From assembly GCA_900754855.1 (NCBI GenBank), contig CAAEEI010000016.1, forward strand, positions 1 through 43,124: a DNA stretch of 43,124 nucleotides, read 5' to 3'. Origin of the DNA: Lachnospiraceae bacterium (GTDB lineage Bacteria > Bacillota > Clostridia > Lachnospirales > Lachnospiraceae). Below the pieces are notes generated by a model. The model saw only the letters and a list, made by a program, of their open reading frames with translations. It did no database searches and had not been told where the DNA came from. This document shows, in pieces, positions 1 through 8,615 of the stretch. Every line of letters starts with the position of its first letter. Positions within the stretch are counted from its first letter, which is position 1. The translations under genes were made by a program, and so were the position numbers.

Positions 1-39
1 TGTCAAGTACTGACGGAACGTTCCTGCAGGATGACCTTT

Positions 40-1941
40 TCAATGGATCACATAATCGCCAATCAGGTTATAATCCAGGACTTTTTTACAGGTATCCAGC
101 AACGTAATCGCCCGGTCCGCATACCGTTGACACAATGTCTCGTTAAGGTTCATTTTCTTTCCACTGCTCAGATTCCATAGGGTTCCCCTTTCCACCGTTC
201 CGTCTTTTCCAATGCCGAAAAGCATCTGATTATCTCCGGTGATAAATGAGCCTTTTCCAATATAGGAAATCTGCGCAACAAATCCTTCTTCCGCATTGAG
301 CAGATCCTGGCCAAAAACAAAGGGATGACCGGGTTCCACTCCCATTAAGTTTGCTATGGTCGGCATAATATCTACCTGTCCCCCTACCGTATCCACCGTT
401 CTGGCTTCGCCTAATCCCGGCAAGTGAATCAGCAGCGGTACATTCAACATTTCTTCATAATTGTATTCTTTATCCAGAAAAAGACTCATCCTGCTTTTGA
501 CCGACGGCGTCTCCATATTCATCCCCTGATGATCGCCATATATTACGATCATCGTATTTTCATATAATCCGCTGGCCTTTAAATATTGCAGAAGTTTTCC
601 GAAGGCTTCATCGGTGTAACGCACGGTCTGCATATACCCGCCGAAGGTCGTGTTCTCATCGGATGGCTGCAGCCGGAGACTGGCTAAGGCCGGATCCAGT
701 TCATAGGGAATATGATTGGTCAGCGTGATCATGAATCCGAAAAATGGCTGCGGTTTTTCTTTAAGAATGTCCACCGCCTGACGAAACATTTCCTTATCGG
801 TAAGACCAAATCCCGCAGTTTCTGTCATGTTCAGCTTTTCCTGAGAATAAAACTGCTGAAATCCCTGATTTTTATAGGCTTCCTCCCGATTCCAGAAAGT
901 TTTCACATAACCATGAAAAGCCATTGCGCCATAGCCTTCCTTTCGCAGCATCCAGGGCAGCCCCTGAAAGGTATTATCCACATACAAACGATAGCATTCC
1001 CGTTCCTCATTGGGATAGAGACCATTCAAAGCGGCAAACTCTGCATCACTGGTGTTTCCCACTCCTGTCGTTGAATAAAAATGGTTAAAATATAAGGTAT
1101 CTTCCTGCAACAGAGCATTGAGATTTGGCGTCAGTTCCTGTCCATTATACTCGGCCTTCAGCACAAAATCGTTGAGGGATTCTGTCTGAATCAGAAGCAG
1201 ATTTTTCCCCCTGGCTATTCCCTGATAGCGTACCCCCGAAGACCGGGGCACCGTTTCCCTGATTGTTTTGCGGATTGCTTCCTGATCTGCTTCTCCCCGT
1301 TTCATCTTTCCTGCCACATTAACCAGAAAATCGTTGGCATGGTAGGTAAAAAATTCGATATGATTAACCTTTTGCACCGATCGCAATTCATCCGGATTGC
1401 CGCTATAATAGCACCAGCACCCTGCTGCCGCCAGAAACAACAGAGTATATCTGCCGACATACCAGAAAAAATCCGGCGTTTTTCGCTGGGCGAGACTTAT
1501 CTTTTTTTCTTTTTGACGGCTTCCATATAAAGCGATGACAAAAGGATAATCCACGAGAGTAAGTAAACATAAAGGATTTACCGACGCCCCCAGCACATTG
1601 GCCTCTCCGGCCACCTGCCCCAGACTCCCCAGTTGATAAATCTGATTTATGGAAATATATTTTCCAAAATAACTGCTGTAGGCCGCATCCGCAAACATTC
1701 CTATGGTTATCACCGTATAAAGGAGATAAAAAGTGTATTTGCTTCCACGATTTCTTCCTATAGAACATCCTTCAAACAAGGCCCACAGGAACAGGAAAGT
1801 CAAAATCGGAACCTCGTAGATATTCATCATGTCCAACCGGTCTGTCTGCCAGTAATATATCAGCATTTTCAGCGCAAGCAGCGGATACACCAGCCAGAAT
1901 TTTTTTATGTAAAGTTTTTTTCCGTCTTTTTTCACCGTCAT
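40..1941 (-). CDS. ltaS: LTA synthase family / phosphoglycerol transferase (membrane N-terminus plus sulfatase-like domain)
   Basis: Several hydrophobic N-terminal helices, then IQTESL, GNTSDAEF (catalytic Thr position), TLTNHIPY and IYGDHQG motifs. Start moved to the ATG at 1941, which follows AAGGAG. Confidence 0.85.
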   Translation of the reverse strand: MTVKKDGKKLYIKKFWLVYPLLALKMLIYYWQTDRLDMMNIYEVPILTFLFLWALFEGCSIGRNRGSKYTFYLLYTVITIGMFADAAYSSYFGKYISINQIYQLGSLGQVAGEANVLGASVNPLCLLTLVDYPFVIALYGSRQKEKKISLAQRKTPDFFWYVGRYTLLFLAAAGCWCYYSGNPDELRSVQKVNHIEFFTYHANDFLVNVAGKMKRGEADQEAIRKTIRETVPRSSGVRYQGIARGKNLLLIQTESLNDFVLKAEYNGQELTPNLNALLQEDTLYFNHFYSTTGVGNTSDAEFAALNGLYPNEERECYRLYVDNTFQGLPWMLRKEGYGAMAFHGYVKTFWNREEAYKNQGFQQFYSQEKLNMTETAGFGLTDKEMFRQAVDILKEKPQPFFGFMITLTNHIPYELDPALASLRLQPSDENTTFGGYMQTVRYTDEAFGKLLQYLKASGLYENTMIVIYGDHQGMNMETPSVKSRMSLFLDKEYNYEEMLNVPLLIHLPGLGEARTVDTVGGQVDIMPTIANLMGVEPGHPFVFGQDLLNAEEGFVAQISYIGKGSFITGDNQMLFGIGKDGTVERGTLWNLSSGKKMNLNETLCQRYADRAITLLDTCKKVLDYNLIGDYVIH

Positions 1942-1992
1942 AATCTCCTTCGATGATCTGTTTTCCGGCATGCCGTATTTTCCGCCATGACA

Positions 1993-2050
1993 GAAAAAGG
2001 TACTGCGAAACCTTTTTCAACATATTTCGTTGAAGCGGTCTCACAGTACC
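1993..2050 (-). terminator. Long hairpin with U-tract downstream of the SPFH gene
   Basis: Minus strand reads GGTACTGTGAGACC...TTCAAC/GTTGAA...GGTTTCGCAGTACC followed by TTTTTC. The outer-stem mismatches are G-U compatible. Confidence 0.65.
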
Positions 2051-2088
2051 CGTCTTCTATTCTCATCTCCCTGTCCATAAGACGACAG

Positions 2089-3057
2089 TTAGTTTTTCAA
2101 CTCTTCCTGCAGCTTATCTGCGGAATCAGGATCAACCGCCACTTCTTTAATAGAAGTTACCAGACCGGCAAGACTTTGTATCTCTGATGGCACAATGATC
2201 TTCGTCGCTCTTCCGTCGGCAGCCTTCGCAAAGGCATCCAGAGATTTGAGTTTAATTACCGCGTCATCTGCTCCGGCTTCTTTTATTGCCTTAAGACCGG
2301 CTGCTGTAGCCTGCTGAACCTTGAGGATCGCTTCTGCCTGTCCTTCTGCTTCACGAATCGTCGCTTCTTTTTTCGCTTCTGCTTTCAGAATTGCCGACTC
2401 CTTCTCCGCTTCTGCTTCCAGAATCATGGCGTCTTTATGGCCTTCCGCGATAAGTACGGAAGATTTTTTCTCCCCTTCTGCCCGCAGGATAGCTTCTCTT
2501 CGCTCACGTTCTGCCTTCATCTGTTTTTCCATGGCATTCTGAATCTCTGTCGGCGGAATAATGTTCTTTAATTCCACACGATTGACCTTAATGCCCCATG
2601 GATCAGTCGCCACATCCAGGGTGGCCCGCATCTTCGTATTGATCGTTTCGCGGGATGTCAGCGTGGCATCCAGTTCCAGATCGCCAATGATATTACGAAG
2701 CGTTGTGGCTGTCAGATTTTCAATGGCCATGATCGGATTATCCACACCGTACGCATACAGCTTAGGATCGGTGATCTGATAGTAAACGACGGTATCGATC
2801 CGCATGGTTACATTATCTTTCGTAATCACCGGCTGCGGGGCAAAATCCACCACCTGTTCTTTCAGCATTACCTTTTTCGCTACTCTGTCAATAAACGGCA
2901 CTTTAAAATGTAAGCCGACCGACCATGTTCCATTGTAAGCGCCAAGTCTTTCAATCACATATGCCTGGGCCTGTGGTACAATGCGTACACAGGATACGAC
3001 AATGTAAATGACCAGTAAAATAATAATGATGCCAAAGATTGTACCGCTAATACTCAT
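2089..3057 (-). CDS. SPFH/Band 7 (stomatin/QmcA-like) membrane protein
   Basis: N-terminal TM, then RIVPQ..VIERLG, ITKDNV, WGIKVNRVE, AMEKQMKAERERR and an AEA-rich coiled coil. SD AAGGAGG. Confidence 0.93.
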   Translation of the reverse strand: MSISGTIFGIIIILLVIYIVVSCVRIVPQAQAYVIERLGAYNGTWSVGLHFKVPFIDRVAKKVMLKEQVVDFAPQPVITKDNVTMRIDTVVYYQITDPKLYAYGVDNPIMAIENLTATTLRNIIGDLELDATLTSRETINTKMRATLDVATDPWGIKVNRVELKNIIPPTEIQNAMEKQMKAERERREAILRAEGEKKSSVLIAEGHKDAMILEAEAEKESAILKAEAKKEATIREAEGQAEAILKVQQATAAGLKAIKEAGADDAVIKLKSLDAFAKAADGRATKIIVPSEIQSLAGLVTSIKEVAVDPDSADKLQEELKN

Positions 3058-3098
3058 ATTGTTTCCTCCTTATTTCGGCTCTGCGTGCAGACGGCTTT

Positions 3099-3539
3099 TT
3101 ACTCACTGTCTGTTATGGGTTCAACGATCAGCTTCACCCCGGAAATCGCCGTTATTCTGACCTTCGTATTCTCCGGTATGCTCCTCTCCTCCGAGGTACT
3201 TCTCGCTGTCCAGACCTGCCCTTTAACCGTAACCTGTCCTTCTGCCCGCAGGTTATCAATGGTCTGCGTCACCATACAGACGCAGCCAATCAGGCTCTCT
3301 GCATTCGTTCTTACCGTTCTGTTATTCAGATATTTTCTGGCAAGGGGTCTTGTAAAAAGCAACACGATGGCTGATACTACCGCAAAAGCAAGGATCTGAA
3401 CCCACAACGACAAACCCAACGCCGCCATCACCGCTCCAACCAGAGCGCCCACGGCAAACCATATGGTCGTCAGTCCCATCGTCAGTATCTCCAGCAACAC
3501 AAATGCTGCCGCTGCAATCAACCAATACATTACTGTCAT
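3099..3539 (-). CDS. NfeD-family short membrane protein (SPFH partner)
   Basis: Hydrophobic N-terminal half and a C-terminal OB-like GQVTVKGQVWTARS..GVKLIVEP. Adjacent to the SPFH gene. The ATG at 3539 follows GGAGG. Confidence 0.88.
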   Translation of the reverse strand: MTVMYWLIAAAAFVLLEILTMGLTTIWFAVGALVGAVMAALGLSLWVQILAFAVVSAIVLLFTRPLARKYLNNRTVRTNAESLIGCVCMVTQTIDNLRAEGQVTVKGQVWTARSTSEERSIPENTKVRITAISGVKLIVEPITDSE

Positions 3540-3576
3540 CGTTCTTCTACCTCCCATCTGCAGTTTTTATGGTCTC

Positions 3577-3605
3577 ATTGTAGCCTATACCCATACAGAA
3601 GTAAA
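3577..3605 (-). promoter_or_regulatory. Putative sigma-A promoter of nfeD-SPFH
   Basis: TTTACT (3600-3605), 17 bp spacer, TACAAT (3577-3582) on the minus strand. Confidence 0.5.
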
Positions 3606-3652
3606 TAATATTTTACCGATTTAATTAAAAATTAACCGTTCGTTTATATTTA

Positions 3653-3802
3653 CTATCTGGATGTGATTCCCGAACATTTCCGGCAGTTTCCGCTACACCC
3701 GCTGCAGCCGGGACATCTTCCGTTTTTACGGCCTTTATGCATATGGAACACCGCAGCCAAAAGCCACAACACTATTATACCTACTATGAGAATATTTCCC
3801 AT
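3653..3802 (-). CDS. FeoB-associated Cys-rich small membrane protein (49 aa, absent from ORF track)
   Basis: Translated by hand: MGNILIVGIIVLWLLAAVFHMHKGRKNGRCPGCSGCSGNCRKCSGITSR. One TM, a basic patch and CxxCxxCxxxCxxC. SD GAGGAAG. Directly downstream of feoB. Confidence 0.85.
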   Translation of the reverse strand: MGNILIVGIIVLWLLAAVFHMHKGRKNGRCPGCSGCSGNCRKCSGITSR

Positions 3803-3875
3803 GTTTCTCTCTTCCTCTTTCTAAAATTTTCTAATTTTCTTCATTCTTTTTCTTTTCATCATTTGACAAGTTCTT

Positions 3876-5888
3876 CTATAAGAATAAAGAACCAAACTGG
3901 AACACTGCGGCGGCAGCCACCCAGGCCACTGCACATTGTAAAACAACCACGCCCACGGTCCGCCAAAGTGAATCCATCTCCCGGCGTATGGCGGCGATTG
4001 CGGCTACGCAAGGCGTATATAATAAGGTGAATACCAGAAAACTCACTGCGGATAATGGCGTAAACAGCGTTCCCAGTGCGCCGGAAACTTTGGAAACACT
4101 TGTGCCCATCAGCACACTCAGGGTGGAAACCACCGCTTCTTTAGCCGTAATTCCGGTTACCAGCGCCGTAGGGATTCTCCAGTCGCCAAAGCCCAGCGGT
4201 ACGAACAATGGCGCGATTCCCCGGCCAATCATGGCCAGAAGGCTGTCCGCACTGTCCGCCGCCACATTCAGACGGGCGTCAAAGGTCTGTAAAAACCAGA
4301 TGATGATGGTGGCGACAAAAATAATCGTAAAGGCTTTTTCCACAAAATCTCTGGCCTTTTCCCACATGAGCAGTAAAACACTTTTCACCGAAGGGAAACG
4401 ATAATTCGGTAATTCCATGACAAATGGCATCGGTTTTCCTTTAAACAGAAACTTCTTAAAAAGCAACGCCATCAGGATTCCCATGGCAATGCCCCCAAAA
4501 TACAACAAAGTCATCACCAGCACACCGTGATCCGGGAAAAAAGCTGCGGTAAATACGGTATAAATCGGAATTTTGGCCGAACAGCTGATGAAAGGAATCA
4601 ACATGATCGTCATGTGTTTATCCCGTTCTGAATACAACGTACGACTGGACATAACCGCCGGAACAGAACAGCCGAATCCGATGAGCATCGGCACAAAGCT
4701 CCGGCCTGAAAGGCCGATTTTTCGCAGAAGCGTATCCATGACAAAGGCAATCCTTGCCATATAGCCCGAGTCTTCCAAAATAGACAGAAAGAAGAACAAC
4801 ACCAGAATAATCGGCAAAAAACTTAATACACTGCCCACACCGGCAAATACTCCGTCAATAACCAGGCTTTTTACTACGGGGTTAATGCCATAAATCGTCA
4901 AGCCATATTCTACCCATCCACTTAAACGATCTATGCCTTCACTGAGAAATTTACTTAAAAATGCGCCGACGCTTCCAAAGGTCATCCAGAAAATAAAGAC
5001 CATAATGGCTCCAAAAACCGGCAGGGCAAGGTATCGGTTGGTCAGTACACTGTCTATCTTCTGGCTGCGGAGATATTCTTTACTGATCTGGCACTTAGTC
5101 ACGGCCCGTCTGCAAAGCCCTTCGATAAAGCTATACCGCATATCTGCCATGGCTGCGTTTCTGTCCAGGCCACTATCTCTTTCCATCTCGATGATCCCGT
5201 GTTCCATCATATCCCGTTCATTTTGGGAAAGCTGCAGTCTTTGGATAATATCCTCATCTCCTTCGATGCATTTTACCGCAGCAAATCTGGCATTGATCCC
5301 TATTTTTTTTGCGTGATCTTCGACCTGATGATAGATACCGTGAATACATCGGTGTACCGGTCCGGGTTCACAAAAATCATAAATGCCGGGACTTTTTTTC
5401 TTTTCTGCCACTCTGAAAATCGCAGAAATCAGATCTTCCACCCCTTCATTCTTAATGGCGCTGATGGGAATAACCGGAATCCCCAGTTCTTCTTCCATTC
5501 TTTTCACATCGATGGATCCGCCATTATTGTACACTTCATCCATCATGTTCAACGCCAGTACCATTGGAATATGTAAGTCAATTAACTGCAGAGTCAGATA
5601 AAGATTTCTCTCGATGTTTGTCGCATCAACAATGTTAATGATTCCTTCTGGTTTTTCATGAAGCAAAAAATCTCTGGTCACGATTTCTTCACTGGTATAA
5701 GGCCGCAGAGAATATATCCCCGGTAAATCAACCACTTCACCGACCATTCCATTTCCCGCTTTCATCTGCCCCATTTTTTGTTCTACCGTCACTCCCGGAA
5801 AATTCCCTACATGCTGATTAGAACCGGTAAGCTGATTAAACAAAGTCGTCTTTCCACAATTTTGATTACCAATCAATGCAAATACCAT
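3876..5888 (-). CDS. feoB: Ferrous iron transporter B
   Basis: G-motifs GNQNCGKTT, NFPGVTVE, DLPG and NMMD. Membrane gate motifs GFGCSVPA and LLYTPC. Confidence 0.97.
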   Translation of the reverse strand: MVFALIGNQNCGKTTLFNQLTGSNQHVGNFPGVTVEQKMGQMKAGNGMVGEVVDLPGIYSLRPYTSEEIVTRDFLLHEKPEGIINIVDATNIERNLYLTLQLIDLHIPMVLALNMMDEVYNNGGSIDVKRMEEELGIPVIPISAIKNEGVEDLISAIFRVAEKKKSPGIYDFCEPGPVHRCIHGIYHQVEDHAKKIGINARFAAVKCIEGDEDIIQRLQLSQNERDMMEHGIIEMERDSGLDRNAAMADMRYSFIEGLCRRAVTKCQISKEYLRSQKIDSVLTNRYLALPVFGAIMVFIFWMTFGSVGAFLSKFLSEGIDRLSGWVEYGLTIYGINPVVKSLVIDGVFAGVGSVLSFLPIILVLFFFLSILEDSGYMARIAFVMDTLLRKIGLSGRSFVPMLIGFGCSVPAVMSSRTLYSERDKHMTIMLIPFISCSAKIPIYTVFTAAFFPDHGVLVMTLLYFGGIAMGILMALLFKKFLFKGKPMPFVMELPNYRFPSVKSVLLLMWEKARDFVEKAFTIIFVATIIIWFLQTFDARLNVAADSADSLLAMIGRGIAPLFVPLGFGDWRIPTALVTGITAKEAVVSTLSVLMGTSVSKVSGALGTLFTPLSAVSFLVFTLLYTPCVAAIAAIRREMDSLWRTVGVVVLQCAVAWVAAAAVFQFGSLFL

Positions 5889-5909
5889 AGTTTTCCATCC
5901 TCTTTTCTG

Positions 5910-6128
5910 TTATCTCAGCTCGATCATCGCGGCATCTTCTTTTCTTATGGTAATATCATACCCGCGAAGATGAATCTGTATCGGATCGCCCAACGGCGCC
6001 ACTTTTAATATTCTGACCTTAGTTCTGGGAATCAATCCCATATCCAGAAAACGACAACGGAGAGTTCCTTCTCCTCCTACCGTTTTAATTTCTCCTTCCT
6101 GCCCGATCGGCAGTTCCGCCAATGTCAT
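5910..6128 (-). CDS. feoA: Ferrous iron transport protein A
   Basis: 72 aa with RFLDMGLIP..APLGDPIQI..IRKEDA. Upstream of feoB. Confidence 0.95.
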   Translation of the reverse strand: MTLAELPIGQEGEIKTVGGEGTLRCRFLDMGLIPRTKVRILKVAPLGDPIQIHLRGYDITIRKEDAAMIELR

Positions 6129-6232
6129 ACCGTCCCCTCCTATTTCCGTTTCCGTAATTTTTCTTCCGGCAATGGTTTATGCTTATTCTCATGCTTTTCG
6201 TTCATTTGCTTCCGGCCTGCGCCGTCTCAAAA

Positions 6233-6313
6233 GTTAGCATATTTTAATTAAAGTTAGTATCCACTAAACTCTTAAACTACCGTTAGTATATGCTAAATAA
6301 AAAAAATAATCAA
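6233..6313 (-). promoter_or_regulatory. feo promoter with three palindromic operators (DtxR/MntR-like)
   Basis: TTGATT (6308-6313), 17 bp spacer, TATACT (6285-6290). GTTAG-N6-(C/T)TAA boxes start at 6233, 6253 and 6282; the last overlaps the -10. Confidence 0.7.
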
Positions 6314-6360
6314 TAGTTTTTCTTTGAAAATACGGCATAAACAAGGGCTGTTTTCTGCAT

Positions 6361-6471
6361 TTTTGTTTTGGAGAACCAGAGGATGGGCAAGATGGCTTCC
6401 AAACAAAAAAAGTTCATCGGAAAAAGACCTTTTTAATCCTGACATTAACCGGGTCTTTGCCGATGAACTTT
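6361..6471 (-). terminator. Tandem hairpins ending the cob/hem operon after hemB
   Basis: AAAGTTCATCGG..AAAGACC pairs with GGTCTTT..CCGATGAACTTT (6409-6471), followed on the minus strand by a T-run. A second imperfect hairpin spans 6361-6408. Confidence 0.7.
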
Positions 6472-6507
6472 CTTCTCATTTGTTTATGATGTCTTTACAG
6501 GGACAGT

Positions 6508-7476
6508 TTACTTCTCCTCTTTGAGCCAGGACGCCACATCCAACGCATGGTAGGTGATGATCATCTGTGCTCCTGCACGTTTCATGCCAATCATATTTTC
6601 CATGACCAGCTTCCTTTCATCTACCCAGCCGTTGGCTGCCGCCGCCTTCACAATGGAGTATTCGCCACTGACATTGTATGCGCACAGCGGCATATTGGTT
6701 TCCATGGATGCCATTTTTAAAATATCCAGATATGCCAGCGCCGGCTTAATAATAATAATGTCTGCGCCTTCGTCAATATCATCCTGAATATCTCTCATGG
6801 CTTCTCTTGGATTATGGAAATCCATCTGGTATGTCTTTCTGTCACCAAATCCCGGAGCGGAATGTGCCGCGTCACGGAACGGGCCATAATAACCGGAAGC
6901 CATTTTTGCGCTGTAAGCCATAATTGGTGTATTTTCCAGTCCCGCCTCATCTAAAGCCGCACGGATTGCCGCCACATGACCATCCATCATGTTTGACGGC
7001 GCCACCATATCTGCGCCTGCCTGTGCGCAGGTAACTGCCGTTTTTGCCAGCAGCGGCAACGTTTCATCATTTAAAATAATACCGTCTTTAATCAGTCCGC
7101 AATGTCCGTGGGAAGTATATTCACAAAGGCAAATATCTGCGATAACTACCAGTTCAGGAAATACTTTCTTGATATAGCGAATCGCCTCCTGAATAATCCC
7201 GTGCTCATTATAAGCTTCCGTACCACATTCATCTTTATGCGCCGGAATACCAAATAATAACACGCCTTTAATCCCCGCTTCCCGGATGCGGTCCAGTTCC
7301 TCATCTAAACGGTCGATGGAATACTGATAAATTCCCGGCATGGAATCAATCGGGCTTTTAATCCCTGTGCCTTCCATAACAAATAATGGATAAATCAAAT
7401 CGGAAACACTGACGGAAGTTTCACAAACCAGTGCCCGCATATTTTCTGATGCACGTAAACGTCTTCTGCGAATCAT
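6508..7476 (-). CDS. hemB: Porphobilinogen synthase (ALA dehydratase)
   Basis: DICLCEYTSHGHCG Zn site, SNMMDG, YGPFRDAA, IKPALAYLD and AYNVSGEY. Confidence 0.97.
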   Translation of the reverse strand: MIRRRRLRASENMRALVCETSVSVSDLIYPLFVMEGTGIKSPIDSMPGIYQYSIDRLDEELDRIREAGIKGVLLFGIPAHKDECGTEAYNEHGIIQEAIRYIKKVFPELVVIADICLCEYTSHGHCGLIKDGIILNDETLPLLAKTAVTCAQAGADMVAPSNMMDGHVAAIRAALDEAGLENTPIMAYSAKMASGYYGPFRDAAHSAPGFGDRKTYQMDFHNPREAMRDIQDDIDEGADIIIIKPALAYLDILKMASMETNMPLCAYNVSGEYSIVKAAAANGWVDERKLVMENMIGMKRAGAQMIITYHALDVASWLKEEK

Positions 7477-7544
7477 TTCAATCTCCTCCTTTTTCGCTGA
7501 CTGTATCTTTTTTCATTATACACCTGACAGAGGGACAAAACCAG

Positions 7545-7964
7545 TTACAATTCCAGAAACTGTATCATTCCCGGTCCCAGATTTTCTGTTGGTCGTGCGG
7601 TAAACCCGTGTTTTTCATAAAATTTTTCTCTTCCTCTGGCACACATCAGGTCGAACATCATGGTGGTTCCCGGAAATCCGATATTCACCACAAAGTCTTT
7701 AAGAGATTCCAGAATCATTCCCCCAATTCCTTCTCCCTGTACTTCCGGTCGGATAATCAAATCCTGCACATAGCAGATGATTGCTCCATCGCCAACGATT
7801 CGTCCCATTCCCACAGCCCTTCCATCTTTATAGGCTACCAGCGTATAAAGACTGTGATCCAGTCCCCTTCTGGCCTGATCTCTGGTCAGCCTGCGAAAAT
7901 TTACCGCTGCCCGGAGTTCCAGGTAGGTGTCAATATCCAACCGGTCTTCTACCAAATGTACCAT
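7545..7964 (-). CDS. GNAT family N-acetyltransferase
   Basis: VGMGRIVGDG..YVQDLIIRPEVQGEGIG (acetyl-CoA motif A) and FYEKHGF. Confidence 0.88.
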   Translation of the reverse strand: MVHLVEDRLDIDTYLELRAAVNFRRLTRDQARRGLDHSLYTLVAYKDGRAVGMGRIVGDGAIICYVQDLIIRPEVQGEGIGGMILESLKDFVVNIGFPGTTMMFDLMCARGREKFYEKHGFTARPTENLGPGMIQFLEL

Positions 7965-7979
7965 TCTTATTAACCTGCC

Positions 7980-8612
7980 TTATTCTTTTTTGTGTTCTGC
8001 GGATTCAGATTGTAAAATCTGCTCCAGCTCTTCTTCTGTAAGAACCCTTCCTGAGGCAAACGCCCTTCCCGCCGCTTCCTTCAAAATTCTGCGGCGGTCT
8101 TTTTCCTGTGGAAAACGTTCTTTAACCTGCTGTCTGAGCACCCCCATCTGCCGGGCAATATCCCCATAATATTCCGGCACGGCTTCGTCAATCTCTTGTC
8201 GAATTCTTCCGGATACCGAAGGCGATGTTCCTCCGGTGTTGATCCCAATACTGATCTCTCCTTTTTTCACTACCGCCGGAAATAAAAATGTACACTCTTC
8301 CGGTGCATCGGCCACATTGACAAGAACGTGATTTCTTTCACACCAGGCAGCCACCTGGTGGTTGATTTCCCGGCTGGCTGTGGCCGCAATAACCAGGACT
8401 GCCCCGGACAGATCGGTGTTTTGAAACGCTCTCTGGCGCAGAGATTCCTGTGGAAGCAAAACGGCGATTTCTTCACAGATCTTTTCCGCCACCACTTCCA
8501 CTGCCGCTTTATAACGCAGCAGGGTTTCCACCTTTCGCAAGGCCACTTTGCCGCCGCCAACCACCACGCATCTTTTGTTTGTTATTTCAATAAAAACGGG
8601 AAAATGTGCCAT
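7980..8612 (-). CDS. sirC: Precorrin-2 dehydrogenase (SirC / CysG N-terminal type)
   Basis: FPVFIEI, VVGGGKVALRK Rossmann motif, NVADAPEECTFLFPA and TGGTSP. Confidence 0.9.
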   Translation of the reverse strand: MAHFPVFIEITNKRCVVVGGGKVALRKVETLLRYKAAVEVVAEKICEEIAVLLPQESLRQRAFQNTDLSGAVLVIAATASREINHQVAAWCERNHVLVNVADAPEECTFLFPAVVKKGEISIGINTGGTSPSVSGRIRQEIDEAVPEYYGDIARQMGVLRQQVKERFPQEKDRRRILKEAAGRAFASGRVLTEEELEQILQSESAEHKKE

Positions 8613-8615
8613 AAC

